A stretch of DNA of 57,861 bases. It comes from Octopus bimaculoides (lineage: Eukaryota). Shown one piece after another: positions 13,908 through 25,150 of the stretch. Under the pieces are notes generated by a model that saw only the letters and a list, made by a program, of their open reading frames with translations, was not told the origin of the DNA and ran no database searches. The position numbers were made by a program, and so were the translations under genes. Location of the stretch: NCBI RefSeq assembly GCF_001194135.2, contig NC_068993.1, positions 24,247,300-24,305,160 on the forward strand. Reading direction: 5' to 3'. Numbering within the stretch: the first letter of the stretch is position 1; every line of letters starts with the position of its first letter.

Positions 13908-14019
13908 TCATGGGGTTAGGGTTAAAAAAAAAAGGGTATGTATATAGAGGTATATGTGTGTGTATGTATGTGTATAAATTTAGGTATATACAAAGCGGTT
14001 TATGCGTACATGTAAACTC

Positions 14020-14611
14020 ACTAACGTGACCAGTGAATTATCGAAGATCTACAAAGGATAATGAAGAATACACCATGAAGAATAAATCTACAGTAGAAAG
14101 ATACCGAATTCCAATCCCTTTCACATACCAGACACCCCACTTCGTCCATACAATGAAAGCAATCCATCAACAGACTTTCAGCCACAACACATTTCTTCAT
14201 ACACCGAGTGACTATTACCACCACAAAGACCACGACGGGCAGAAGGGATGCGCTTGAAACTGAAATTATATCTATTTATATAGATATAATATAGATATAA
14301 TCTATATGGATATAATATATATCTATATATATAGAGATATAGAGACTGTATCTATTTATATATCACCAGAGGAAATACAACGAAATCTCATAATACCGAT
14401 GGCTGATAGTTAGCAAGGTGAGACACACATAAGAAAGAAGGAAACAAAGGACCACTGATGAGGTCACAGAAGTGTGACGAAAGAACTCTGGCCGAAATAA
14501 GATTAAGATTAATGTAATATAAAGCTGAAGCAAATTAACACCAAATATACAGTGCGTGTGTTTTTATTGGCTAAACTTGCAATATGACCATCCCCAAGTA
14601 CAACAACATAT
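14020..14611 (+). mobile_element. Penelope-like element 3' relic (decayed GIY-YIG C-terminus + pseudo-LTR), interrupted by a TA-rich tract
   Basis: Weak frame RH..SIQ...NRLSATTHF...RRDALETEII followed by a hammerhead at 14452-14491; runs into (TA)n and a gap. Confidence 0.5.
14452..14491 (+). ncRNA. Minimal type I hammerhead ribozyme
   Basis: CCA-CTGATGA-G-GTCACA(GAAG)TGTGAC-GAAA-G(AA)C-TC-TGG: canonical core, 6-bp stem II, stem I CCA/TGG, 2-bp stem III; predicted cleavage after C14488. Confidence 0.75.
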
Positions 14612-15837
14612 NNNNNNNNNNNNNNNNNNNNNNNNNNNNNNNNNNNNNNNNNNNNNNNNNNNNNNNNNNNNNNNNNNNNNNNNNNNNNNNNNNNNNNNNN
14701 NNNNNNNNNNNNNNNNNNATATATATATATATATATATATATACTGCACTTCTTCCTCTACTTCTTCTCTTTTTATGAATGTATGTGTGTCTGTATATAT
14801 ATATATATATATATATATGGACATCTATAATGTATGTATATATGTATGCAGTCGTGTACATGTGTAATGTTGGATGTTCTTAAGCAATAACATTCTTTCT
14901 TTTTATTAAAAGTACAAGTGGTATCAGGAGAGGACTGACATAATTCATTTGAGAAAGGTCATAATGAAGGCTTATTTTAGGATTCAGTGTGTTAAAGGTT
15001 AAAGATATACATTGAATATAAGGACCTCAAATATTTGCTCAATCCACTTTTAAATATTCTAATTAATAAATGTAATTACTCTAAGAAGTAAAAAAATATT
15101 AATAAATATAGAAAGTTATCCTACTCGGCCAAAAAGTTAATGAAAACAGACAACAAATGTAATAAAATATGATATATTACTGAATCTGAATAAAATTTCT
15201 ATCCTCTTATTCATTCCACTTAATTATTACGTTGTTCTCTCTTAGTAACCTGTTTCAGCAATACAACAGAATGAAAAATGAAATTATAATGAATGTAATT
15301 ATTTCACGTGTCTCAGTGTCTGAAACTAGTAGGAGTTTGGGAGCTTTGGTGGAGCAGTATAACCAGTCAATAAGTAAAAGTCATAAACACAACAAATCTG
15401 AGAAATCGTGATAATATTTTGAGCCCGTCTTTGAGATTATTCGTTTATAAAGAAAAGATGGAAAAATATAAAAGTTTTAAAATGATCGCTTTCGCTAAAG
15501 CAGACAATTAAAAAGAAATTCATTAGACACCATAATCAAAACCAATAATTAAATACAACAATCATAAGCTGATAAAACATTCGAAGGAACAGTTGTATTT
15601 AATATCACGCCTTTCAGACCAACATTCGGCGTTTTCAAATAGAATGGTATTTGATTGTACCAGTTGAGATGTGTTCTATTTCTTACTCTAGTGCATTTCA
15701 TAATTTCATGGCAAGATATTAGCAAAATTGGTTTAAAATTTTGGCACCAGACCAGCAGGTTAAGGGTGGGGTCTAAATCCATAACATCGGCCCCAGTTTT
15801 CAACTGTTATGTATTTTATTGATCTTAAAATAATGAA

Positions 15838-16342
15838 AGACAAAGCCAGCCTGGGTGGAATTTGAACTAAGAGAGTAAAAACGAAATGCCGCCCAGCGTG
15901 TTAACAACTCTGCCAGCTCGGCGCCTTAAGATATTATCATTTTGGATTTCAAATTTTTGCACAAGGCTAGAAAATACGGGAAAGGATGAAGTCGATTACA
16001 TCGACACCAGTGGTCAACTGGTACTTATTTTATCGATACATAAATGATGAAGAATAAAGTCGACCTCGGTTGAATTTGAACTCATAGCATTTAGAGACGG
16101 ACGAAATGCCACTAAGTGTTTTGCCCGGCACAGTAACGATTCTGCCAGTTCGGCTCCCTAACGATATTAGCAATATGCGTTTAAAATTTTGGCACAAAGC
16201 CAGAAAATTTGGATTAGGGGTAAGTCCATTTTGTCGACCACAGTGCTCAACTGGTGCTTATTTTAGCGACCCTGAGATGATGAAAGGTACAGTTGAACTC
16301 GCCGGAATTTGGACTCAGAACATAAAGATGGACAGATATCTG
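15838..16342 (-). mobile_element. Three tandem tRNA-derived SINEs, family 1 (about 15838-15929, 15947-16161, 16181-16342)
   Basis: A-box GAGCTGGCAGA and B-box GAGTTCAAATTC, central CTTTCATCC...GTCGATAAAATAAGTACCAG domain (Nin/Deu-like by recognition), tail GCCTTGTGCCAAAATTT. Confidence 0.85.
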
Positions 16343-16376
16343 CTTTACAGATATTAGCAATATTAAGATTGTAAAA

Positions 16377-17300
16377 AGGCACCGAGCTGGTAGAACGGTT
16401 ACCACGCCGGGAAAATCTTCAGTGGCACTTCGTCTGTCTTTACACTCTGCGTTCATATTACGCCTTTCTCTTTCATCCTTTCCAGGTCGATAAAATAAGT
16501 ACCACATGAATACTGGGGGCGATATAATCGGCTATCCCCTCCGCAGAAATTGCTGGTCTTGTGCTAAAACTTGAAATCAATATTAAGAATGCAACAAGAT
16601 CGATAAAACAATATCAGCTAAGTACTGGGATGATGTAATCGGCTGACCCCGAACTAGCTTTTATTTGACTTAAACCTTGATAACTTCGTATGTTTTTGAG
16701 GCATTATACGTATAAGTCAAAGCGGGTAATTCCTTACAGTATTTCTTCCGAATCTTTAGGTTCTAAGTACATATCTCACCGAGAACAGCATTGCCGTTCA
16801 TCATTTTGATGTTGATAAAGTAAAGTAACACTGGGTAGCATCAACTGACACCTTCCCCAAAGAACAGCATTGTGCCAAATTAAAAACAAGACATTTTTAT
16901 TATTACTATTCAAAATACTTATATCATCGGAAGAATGATTTATGGCATATTTGGTTCTAATCCCGCTAGGTCGACCTTGCTGTCTATCCTCTCAAGGTCG
17001 ATAAAATAAAGTGTCAGTTAAGTACTGACGTCCGTGTAATCCACTTACACGCTTCCCCGAAACTGATCACCTTATGCCAAATCCATATAAGTATTCAAGT
17101 TAAGGCTGGCAGAATTGATAGCATGTCGAGCAATGTGCTTCCCGACATTTCGTTCGACTTTATGTTTTGACTTCAGCTTCCGCCGAGAATTTCGGGCGCT
17201 ATGAAATAAGTACTAGTTGAGAAGCGAGGAGAATATAATAGACTGCTCTCAGCCTCTTTCTCCCAAATTACAGGCCTTGTGCCTATAATACAATGGATTA
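16377..17300 (+). mobile_element. Four to five tandem SINE family 1 copies or fragments (about 16377-16585, 16595-16660, 16940-17085, 17100-17230, tail 17250-17300)
   Basis: Same diagnostic motifs on +; the last tail runs into (ATT)n. Confidence 0.8.
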
Positions 17301-17313
17301 TTATTATTATTAA

Positions 17314-17358
<45 letters not shown>

Positions 17359-17359
<1 letters not shown>

Positions 17360-17914
17360 GAATGAGAGAGCAGTGCATGCCATCAAAATGACACTGGGGT
17401 AAAATATACGAAGCCCATTATACCCATCATGACTACCTGTCTGATAAGGGTACACCAGGCACATGCATCACAACCATATCTGCGCGACATGGTGATCTCA
17501 TATCAAGTTAAACAACGCATGACCTCGCAGGTGGGGCCCAGTTAGAATCTTCTTCGGGTCGAGTAGCCCATCCCACTTAAAAGGTCCCTGAATAAGGTTT
17601 CTTTAAGGATGTTGAGAAAAACACCCGTGTTTCCAAAGGTGAATTATTCAAACCCCAAAGAATTCCTCTCAATACATGGCTATGATGCTCCCCCACTACA
17701 TCTGCTCATGATCAGAGATGCACATATCATCAGCCACCAAGGGCCATGCTCAACTGGTTAAGGTCAAACAACTGACAAGCAAATCTGTGGTATTAAGCAG
17801 AATATTTGCTGTAGCCCATCTTTTATACCAAGACAAAACAATGTACATGATAAAACTTCCAATCAATGAAGATCAGAAGCCATGACAGCCACTGCCTGGT
17901 ACTGCATCAGAGCA
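17359..17914 (-). mobile_element. Unclassified 556-bp non-coding interspersed element 'X', full-length copy, in (AAT)n
   Basis: Homologous to 23460-23758 and 55760-56274; microsatellite on both sides; TG...CA ends; no ORF. Strand assigned from the (AAT)n tail. Confidence 0.85.
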
Positions 17915-17947
<33 letters not shown>

Positions 17948-17950
<3 letters not shown>

Positions 17951-20419
17951 TAGTTTTATTTTTATAACGTACTTTCACTTCACTACCGAGCGCAGCTCTG
18001 TGCGCCTTGGGTATGTGCTGCGGTTTGCTGTGGTGCTCTTATGTTTACTGTATTGAAAGTGTTTTGCGTAGAATGTGTGCAGTACCCAGTAGTGCAATTT
18101 TCTGTATGTTATATATATTTGTAAGTCCTGGTGTTTTTGTTATGTATTTGTCTGAATATTTTTTTATTATACCTAAGGCACCTACTATGATAGGAATTGT
18201 TTCTGTTTTTAGATTCCACATTCGAGTTATCTCTATTTCCAGGTCTTTGTATTTNNNNNNNNNNNNNNNNNNNNNNNNNNNNNNNNNNNNNNNNNNNNNN
18301 NNNNNNNNNNNNNNNNNNNNNNNNNNNNNNNNNNNNNNNNNNNNNNNNNNNNNNNNNNNNNNNNNNNNNNNNNNNNNNNNNNNNNNNNNNNNNNNNNNNN
18401 NNNNNNNNNNNNNNNNNNNNNNNNNNNNNNNNNNNNNNNNNNNNNNNNNNNNNNNNNNNNNNNNNNNNNNNNNNNNNNNNNNNNNNNNNNNNNNNNNNNN
18501 NNNNNNNNNNNNNNNNNNNNNNNNNNNNNNNNNNNNNNNNNNNNNNNNNNNNNNNNNNNNNNNNNNNNNNNNNNNNNNNNNNNNNNNNNNNNNNNNNNNN
18601 NNNNNNNNNNNNNNNNNNNNNNNNNNNNNNNNNNNNNNNNNNNNNNNNNNNNNNNNNNNNNNNNNNNNNNNNNNNNNNNNNNNNNNNNNNNNNNNNNNNN
18701 NNNNNNNNNNNNNNNNNNNNNNNNNNNNNNNNNNNNNNNNNNNNNNNNNNNNNNNNNNNNNNNNNNNNNNNNNNNNNNNNNNNNNNNNNNNNNNNNNNNN
18801 NNNNNNNNNNNNNNNNNNNNNNNNNNNNNNNNNNNNNNNNNNNGTGTGTGTTTGTACCATCTTTTTTCTGTTGTTATTCCATAGTGTTGGCATAGCTTCC
18901 AGTGTATATAGGTCCCAGCTCTGTCGTGTCTGTGAATATATTCCTTCTTAGCCAGGACTGGGCAGCCAAAGATAATATGATTTATTGTTTCTTGTCCATC
19001 TCCACATATTCTACAGTTACTTGTTATGTTTCTTTTCATTATATGTTTTTGGTAATTTCTGGTGGGGAGGCTTTGGTCTTGTGCAGCAATTAAAACTCCT
19101 TCAGTCTCTGCTTTGAGTCCTGAGCTTTTCAACCATTGCTGGGATTTTTCACTGTCTATTTCTTTTGCATTTACTTTAGCCCAGTATTTAACATGTAGGG
19201 CCTTTTCTTGCCATCGTTTTATCATGGTCCGTTGCTGTTCTAGTTTTAGTTTGGATTTCATTTGTTTTATAGCTTTTGTTGTTTCTTCTTCTTCGTCTTC
19301 GTATTTGTTAGGTAGTATGATTTTTTGTTTGTATTTGTCAGCTTCATTAAATACTGAAAACAGTTTTTTGTTTTGCTCGTGTTTTGTGGCTATTTGTATT
19401 NNNNNNNNNNTATTTGTCAGCTTCATTAAATACTGAAAACAGTTTTTTGTTTTGCTCGTGTTTTGTGGCTATTTGTATTAGTTTTCCTTGCTTCTGGAGT
19501 AGGTATTTTTGCAGTCCTATGGTGGTTATTTTATAATAGTTTTCCAGCTGTATAAGACCCCTGCCACCTTCTGTGCGTTGTATACATAGCCTTTCTATGT
19601 CAGATTTTGGGTGGTGCATTATATCCTGTCTTTATTTTTCTTGTTTTCCTGTCTATTTTAGATAGTTCGTTTAGTGTCCAGTTAAGGATATTGTAGCTGT
19701 AACTTATAACTGGGACAGCTAAAGTGTTAATACCTATTATCTTGTTTTTTGCATTGAGCTCTGTTTTTAGTATTGATCTAACTCGTCTATAGTAGTCTTT
19801 CTTTATTTTTTTCTTTCATTTGTGTGTGTTGTATCCTATCTAGTTCATTGACTCCTAAATATTTGTATGGCTGGCTTTCGTCTAGTTCTCTTATTTCATT
19901 GGCTTTATCTAGTGTGATGTTGCTACTTTTAACTAATTTTCCTCTCTTCAGGGTTGCTTTGGCACATTTTTCTAATCCGAATTTCATATCTATTTCCTTG
20001 GTAAAGCCATGTACTGTCTGTAGTAGTGTTTCCAGCTCTTTGTCATTTCTGGCGTATAATTTTAGGTCATCCATATATAAAAGGTGGCTGACTGTTTTTC
20101 CGTAACATTTGTATCCGCATCCAGTTCTATTTAGCAATTCAGTTAAAGGTGTGAATGCCAGGCAGAACAGGAGTGGAGAGAGCGTGTCTCCCTGGAATAT
20201 TCCTCTTCTAATGGGGATGGCTTTCGTTTTCACAAGTCCCTCTTTTGTTTGGAGCTGTATCACTGTCTGCCATTTCTTCATGGAGTGCCTAATGTATTTT
20301 ATAATAATTGGTGCCACCTTGTTTATAGCTAGTGCATCGAGAATCCACGTGTGGGGAATACTGTCGAAAGCCTTTTGGTAGTCCACCCAGGCCATACTGA
20401 GGCATTTCTTCTTTCTGCG
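17948..20419 (-). mobile_element. R4/Dong-clade non-LTR retrotransposon, long 5'-truncated young copy E (RT, CCHC, RLE, 3' UTR); contains two gaps
   Basis: AWVDYQKAFDS, GIFQGDTLSPLLF, HLLYMDDLKLY, YKYLG, HHPKSDIERL, AAQDQSL, CRICG..QETINHII.GC, RHDR, KYKDLEIEITRMW, LLGTAHILRKTLSIQ; at least two 1-bp frameshifts; (ATT)n on + at both ends. Confidence 0.96.
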
Positions 20420-20475
<56 letters not shown>

Positions 20476-20488
20476 CATGATGATGATG

Positions 20489-20554
<66 letters not shown>

Positions 20555-20585
20555 TTTATCATCATTATTATTATTATCATTATTA
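20420..20585. repeat. (ATT)n microsatellite with (ATG/ATC) interruptions
   Basis: Direct reading; 5' flank of Dong copy E. Confidence 0.95.
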
Positions 20586-20999
20586 GAAGGACTCTGCTCG
20601 TGGGTTTCAAAGAGGAAGTACGTGTGTCCGTGACCTGTAAGATTTTGTAGAATAGCTTTCATTAAACTTTTCCTGCAAATATTTCTTGCTTTAATTCATG
20701 GATATGTGTATGCTTGTGTTTAATATAATTGCCGTTTCTGGATTTTAGATTTGGGATTCATGAACAACCCAATTTTCATGAGTTTTTCCTAAGCCATATT
20801 TGATTTTAATTCTTCTACTAAGAGTGATATCGGTTGCAGCATACAGTTATTTGCGATGATCCGTATTCAGGAGATCCTTGAATATATCCGCATGCAAGTA
20901 TTTTTAACATGCAGAAAAAACAGAATCGCGATTTACGTTCATTATCATACATTTTAATTTTTACCCGTAAAATTACATTCTATGTAAAAATTCTTTCAG

Positions 21000-21558
21000 A
21001 TTTTGGCTCAAGGCCTTTATTTTGAAGGAAGGGGACAAGCCGATTACATCACTCCCAGTACTACATTGGTACTTTAATTTATCGACTACGAAAATATCGA
21101 CTTCGGCGACATTTGAAGTCAAGAAATTGAGAACTGAAAGGTACACCTCTTTGCATTTTGTTCGGTGCGCTAACGTGTCTACCAGCTCACCCCTTTATAT
21201 TCTTTGAAATAATCGTTTCTGCTATAGGTACATTGCCTAAAATAATTGGGGACACTGATTTAACAGGTCGAAAGGCAAAGTCGGCCTCGGGGAAATTGAA
21301 TTCAGAACATAAAGACGGACGAAATACTGATATGCCTTTTGTGCGGTGTACTCTCGATTCTACGAGCTCACAGCCTTTACATTCTATGTAATAATGGCTT
21401 CAATTTTTGGCACAAAGCCAGCAATTTCGGGGAAATATGCAAGTTGATTTCATCGACTTTTCTGATCATCTGGTACTTATTTTATCGAGCGTGAAGACGG
21501 ACGAAATACCGCTAAGCATTTTGCCAGGCAAGCAAACGGTTCTGCCAGTTCGCCACAT
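21000..21558 (-). mobile_element. Three tandem SINE family 1 copies (about 21000-21197, 21217-21380, 21398-21558)
   Basis: Same head, central and tail motifs as 15838-16342. Confidence 0.8.
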
Positions 21559-21619
21559 TTATATTCTATGTATAATATACCTGTTAATCCTTGGGGATAT
21601 CACACGTTTGGTTGTTTCC

Positions 21620-22300
21620 ATGGTTTCCATTTAGTTAACACTGTTAAAGCTTTTTTAGAAATCAGCTCATACGATGCATATACATTGTGTATTTGTGGAT
21701 CGATAATTAATCTTTACATGCATATGAGCCTTGATAACATGGCTTTTGTTCATCAGCAGATGAGTTTTCTTGTCTAAATTATTTAAACTCAGCGATGTTA
21801 TTATATCTAACGTTTTGTAAACTATAGTCAGGCAGGTCGTTCGTCAGCTGACTTCGGCATTTGCTGATTTATTAGTCTTTGTTTTTTTTGGAGCAAAGCC
21901 ATTCCTCACAGTTCTATTTGTGTTGTTCCTGTTTCTTTCATTGGCTCATAATTTAGCCAATGTCTTATTTTGTACGTTTGTTACATTTTCTACCAGATAT
22001 TTGAGATGTTTTTATTTCTTAATATCGTCGTCTTCCTCAAGTTTTTTGTCACGTCAAATCTGCAATTTGTGATATGGCCCACATCAGGAATATTCATTAG
22101 CTGCATTCTTTGTTTTGCACCATATGATCAGTGGTGCTTTCTTTACTGTCCGTTGCATTTCTCTAGAGTTCTTATACTTCTCTTGCTATTGGTGCCGTAT
22201 TGATTTCTATTCTATTTATAGCTCGTTCTTCATAAAACCAGTTTGGGTTGTCTTTTCGGTATTGATTTGATTAAGGATAAAGAAATTTTTTTTTTTTTTT
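21620..22300 (-). mobile_element. Old R4/Dong-clade RT N-terminal relic
   Basis: Broken frames give TTCLTIVYKTL, EQKPCYQGSYACKD and a DF.KKAF.S-like stretch; boundaries uncertain. Confidence 0.55.
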
Positions 22301-23023
22301 AATTTCTGTCTTTATATATTTGTTTATCGCATTTGACATTTATGTATGCGTAAATCTGAAAGAATATTCAAACTTCTTTTTAACTAAGATGGTTACTGCA
22401 TATCTTATTTGTTAGTGATACTGACGCTCCCACCTGTTTTTCATTATTTCTTCAGTGCCAGGTTTACGCTTTCATTTCTGTTATTTTATCATTGGGTTCT
22501 ATCTTTGAGGCGTCTTTGTTTGCTCCATACGAAGATCTATTGATTTTAATTATTTAATTATTTCCATCTTTAGGTTATTCAGAATCTTCATCTTTAGAAT
22601 TGTCTATTCCTCTATCTTTCTCATTTTTTTCTTTTTATTCATAATTTGGTTTATGTTGTTCTTGTTCGGCTTTTGTTTGTTACTACACTAACCAGGTTTT
22701 TATGTTATTGTTTTGTTGTTTTAATGGCATTTTGTTCGTTTACCATGTGCAAATTCTATCTCCATAATTTACTTTCTCGATATTTCTCTTAGTATTTTGC
22801 CGGTGATTTCGTTACGTATAAATATATTTCGAACAGTTGTAATTATATTTTTTGGTTTTCAAAACTATATCTTTTTAAATTAGCTTCTGTGACAGATTAT
22901 ATTGTAATCTTAGGTCATAGTTATTTTTTTGCCAGATACTTTATCCATTTAGAGTATTAGAATAAGTTTTGGGTGTGACTGTAACTGTAAATTATAATTA
23001 CTGTCATTAATATTATTATTATT

Positions 23024-23433
23024 TTGGTTTGATTCAGGCTCTTTTTTTATTCCTAACAAGTTCTATATGGGTAGCGGTTTATTATCTGTAACCTCAGGTA
23101 TCCATAAATTTTCAGCAGTCTTTCAAGTGCTTAGAACGCTGCATATAATCCTTGCTTTCCCTAAGAAGCAAACATTCTGTAGGAGCTCTACTGGACATTC
23201 TATTTCAATATCATTCAGGCATTTGTCTATATCTTGGCTTACTGTTTCCAATGTACCAATTATTATAGACACAACCTTTACTGTTTACGTGCTCCATATT
23301 CTTCTATTCCAAATTTTAAGGGATTGTATTTTTTTTTTTTTGCTTTCTCTTTCTTTACGATCCTGGAATCAAACGGGCATAATGGGTCAATAAGTAAGTA
23401 ACTGCGCTTTTCCTTATCTATAATAGATATGTG
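23024..23433 (-). mobile_element. R4/Dong-clade 3' fragment F (same family as A/B)
   Basis: YLLIDPLCPFDSRIVKKEK...KY.PLK, IIGTLETV, ECPVELLQNVCFLG.ARII; (ATT)n on + at both ends. Confidence 0.85.
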
Positions 23434-23459
23434 ATTATTATTATTATTATCATTATTAT

Positions 23460-23758
23460 TGAGTGAGAGAGCAGTGCATGCCATCAAAGTGACACTGGGG
23501 TAAAATATACGAAGCTCATTATACCCATCATGACTACCCGTCTGATAAGGGTACACCAAGCACATGCATCACAACCATATGTGCGCGACATGGTGATCTC
23601 ATATCAAGATAAACAGCGCATGACCTCGCAGGTGGGGGCCTAGTTAGAATTTTCTTCAGGTTGAGTAACCCATCCCGCTCAAAAGGTCCCTGAATAAGGT
23701 TTGTTTAAGGATTTGAGCAAAACACCCATGTTTTCAAAGGTGAATTATTCAAACCACA
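23460..23758 (-). mobile_element. Element X copy 2 (3' part; remainder in gap)
   Basis: Highly similar to 17359-17655. Confidence 0.88.
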
Positions 23759-24236
23759 NNNNNNNNNNNNNNNNNNNNNNNNNNNNNNNNNNNNNNNNNN
23801 NNNNNNNNNNNNNNNNNNNNNNNNNNNNNNNNNNNNNNNNNNNNNNNNNNNNNNNNNNNNNNNNNNNNNNNNNNNNNNNNNNNNNNNNNNNNNNNNNNNN
23901 NNNNNNNNNNNNNNNNNNNNNNNNNNNNNNNNNNNNNNNNNNNNNNNNNNNNNNNNNNNNNNNNNNNNNNNNNNNNNNNNNNNNNNNNNNNNNNNNNNNN
24001 NNNNNNNNNNNNNNNNNNNNNNNNNNNNNNNNNNNNNNNNNNNNNNNNNNNNNNNNNNNNNNNNNNNNNNNNNNNNNNNNNNNNNNNNNNNNNNNNNNNN
24101 NNNNNNNNNNNNNNNNNNNNNNNNNNNNNNNNNNNNNNNNNNNNNNNNNNNNNNNNNNNNNNNNNNNNNNNNNNNNNNNNNNNNNNNNNNNNNNNNNNNN
24201 NNNNNNNNNNNNNNNNNNNNNNNNNNNNNNNNNNNN

Positions 24237-24237
<1 letters not shown>

Positions 24238-24277
<40 letters not shown>

Positions 24278-24281
24278 CATT

Positions 24282-24344
<63 letters not shown>

Positions 24345-24345
24345 T
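24238..24345. repeat. (ATT)n-(AAT)n inverted microsatellite, flip near 24284
   Basis: Direct reading. Confidence 0.95.
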
Positions 24346-24349
24346 AAAG

Positions 24350-25150
24350 ATTGAAGTTATTCATCACGAACGTAAAGAAACAAGAAGACCACGACGGTTA
24401 TTGGTAATAAATAGTGATCGATTCAAAGATAGGAAACGCTGAAACATTCAAAATTAAACCGGAATAACTGCGTAGTGGAGTGAGGGTATTTTTGGAGAAT
24501 GTTCACCTGCAGGTCCTTCTCAGATTTACAACCGTTTGATGTGAAATGCCCCACAAGTTCTGTAGAGCCACTGCTATTGTGTCTGACGTCGTACCTATGT
24601 CTGTTAAATCTTTTTTGCAATCGTTCTGTTGCGCAACCAACATAAATTATTTGGTGTTTGGTACATTCCGCTGCATACTACAAGTGGGAATCCTTACTGG
24701 CCCCCTCCTTCTGTGTAAAACATAACATTTCTGTTATAATTCTAGATGGAATTAGTCTAACACATGTTATTGCACAACGAACAGGGCTTATCTCTCTTAT
24801 ATGTGTTTGGGGGGTGCAGCGTTCAGAAACTCCAATGGAGTTTTTATTAGAGGTACTGGTCAATATTTCTCTAATATTTCTATTAGGTCTAAAGGCTACA
24901 ATAGGCGTAAGAGGAAATATACCGAGTCAACTAGGTAGTAAGTGGATAGAGTATTGTGTAGGCCAGCAGATAACGATAGCATACGTTGTCTACAAATCAA
25001 AGCTTTCAGTTATACAACAAATTTGTGATCTAAACGGTCGACCAAGATAAGCTCTATAGTCAAGGTCATGTATATTAGAAGCTGAATGCATTTTTAGCAT
25101 CGCGTCAAGCTTTCAGAGACCGAGTTATCAAGTGAGTCAATCGGAAGTTG
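24350..25150 (-). mobile_element. Penelope-like element relic (Neptune-like GIY-YIG region)
   Basis: PIVAFRPNRNIREIL and YAAECTKHQIIYVGCATERLQKRFNRHRYDV....ELVGHF match the PLE linker and GIY-YIG pattern; 3' end abuts the microsatellite. Clade call is inference. Confidence 0.65.

Noticed and set aside
15245-15410. Good-looking acceptor followed by about 54 open codons (NLFQQYNRMKNE...)
   Set aside because: No recognisable homology or partner exons; such open stretches occur by chance.
17359-17914. HDV-like ribozyme at the 5' end of element X
   Set aside because: I could not assemble P1/P1.1/P3/P4 with the required GG and catalytic C by hand; a motif search would be needed.
18007-18951. Long ORFs spanning N runs (also at 23701, 38478, 44042, 47463, 49164, 51009)
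   Set aside because: Length comes from assembly gaps translated as X.
19330-19480. About 70-bp direct duplication inside Dong copy E
   Set aside because: Identical sequence on both sides of a 10-N gap: unmerged contig overlap, not biology.
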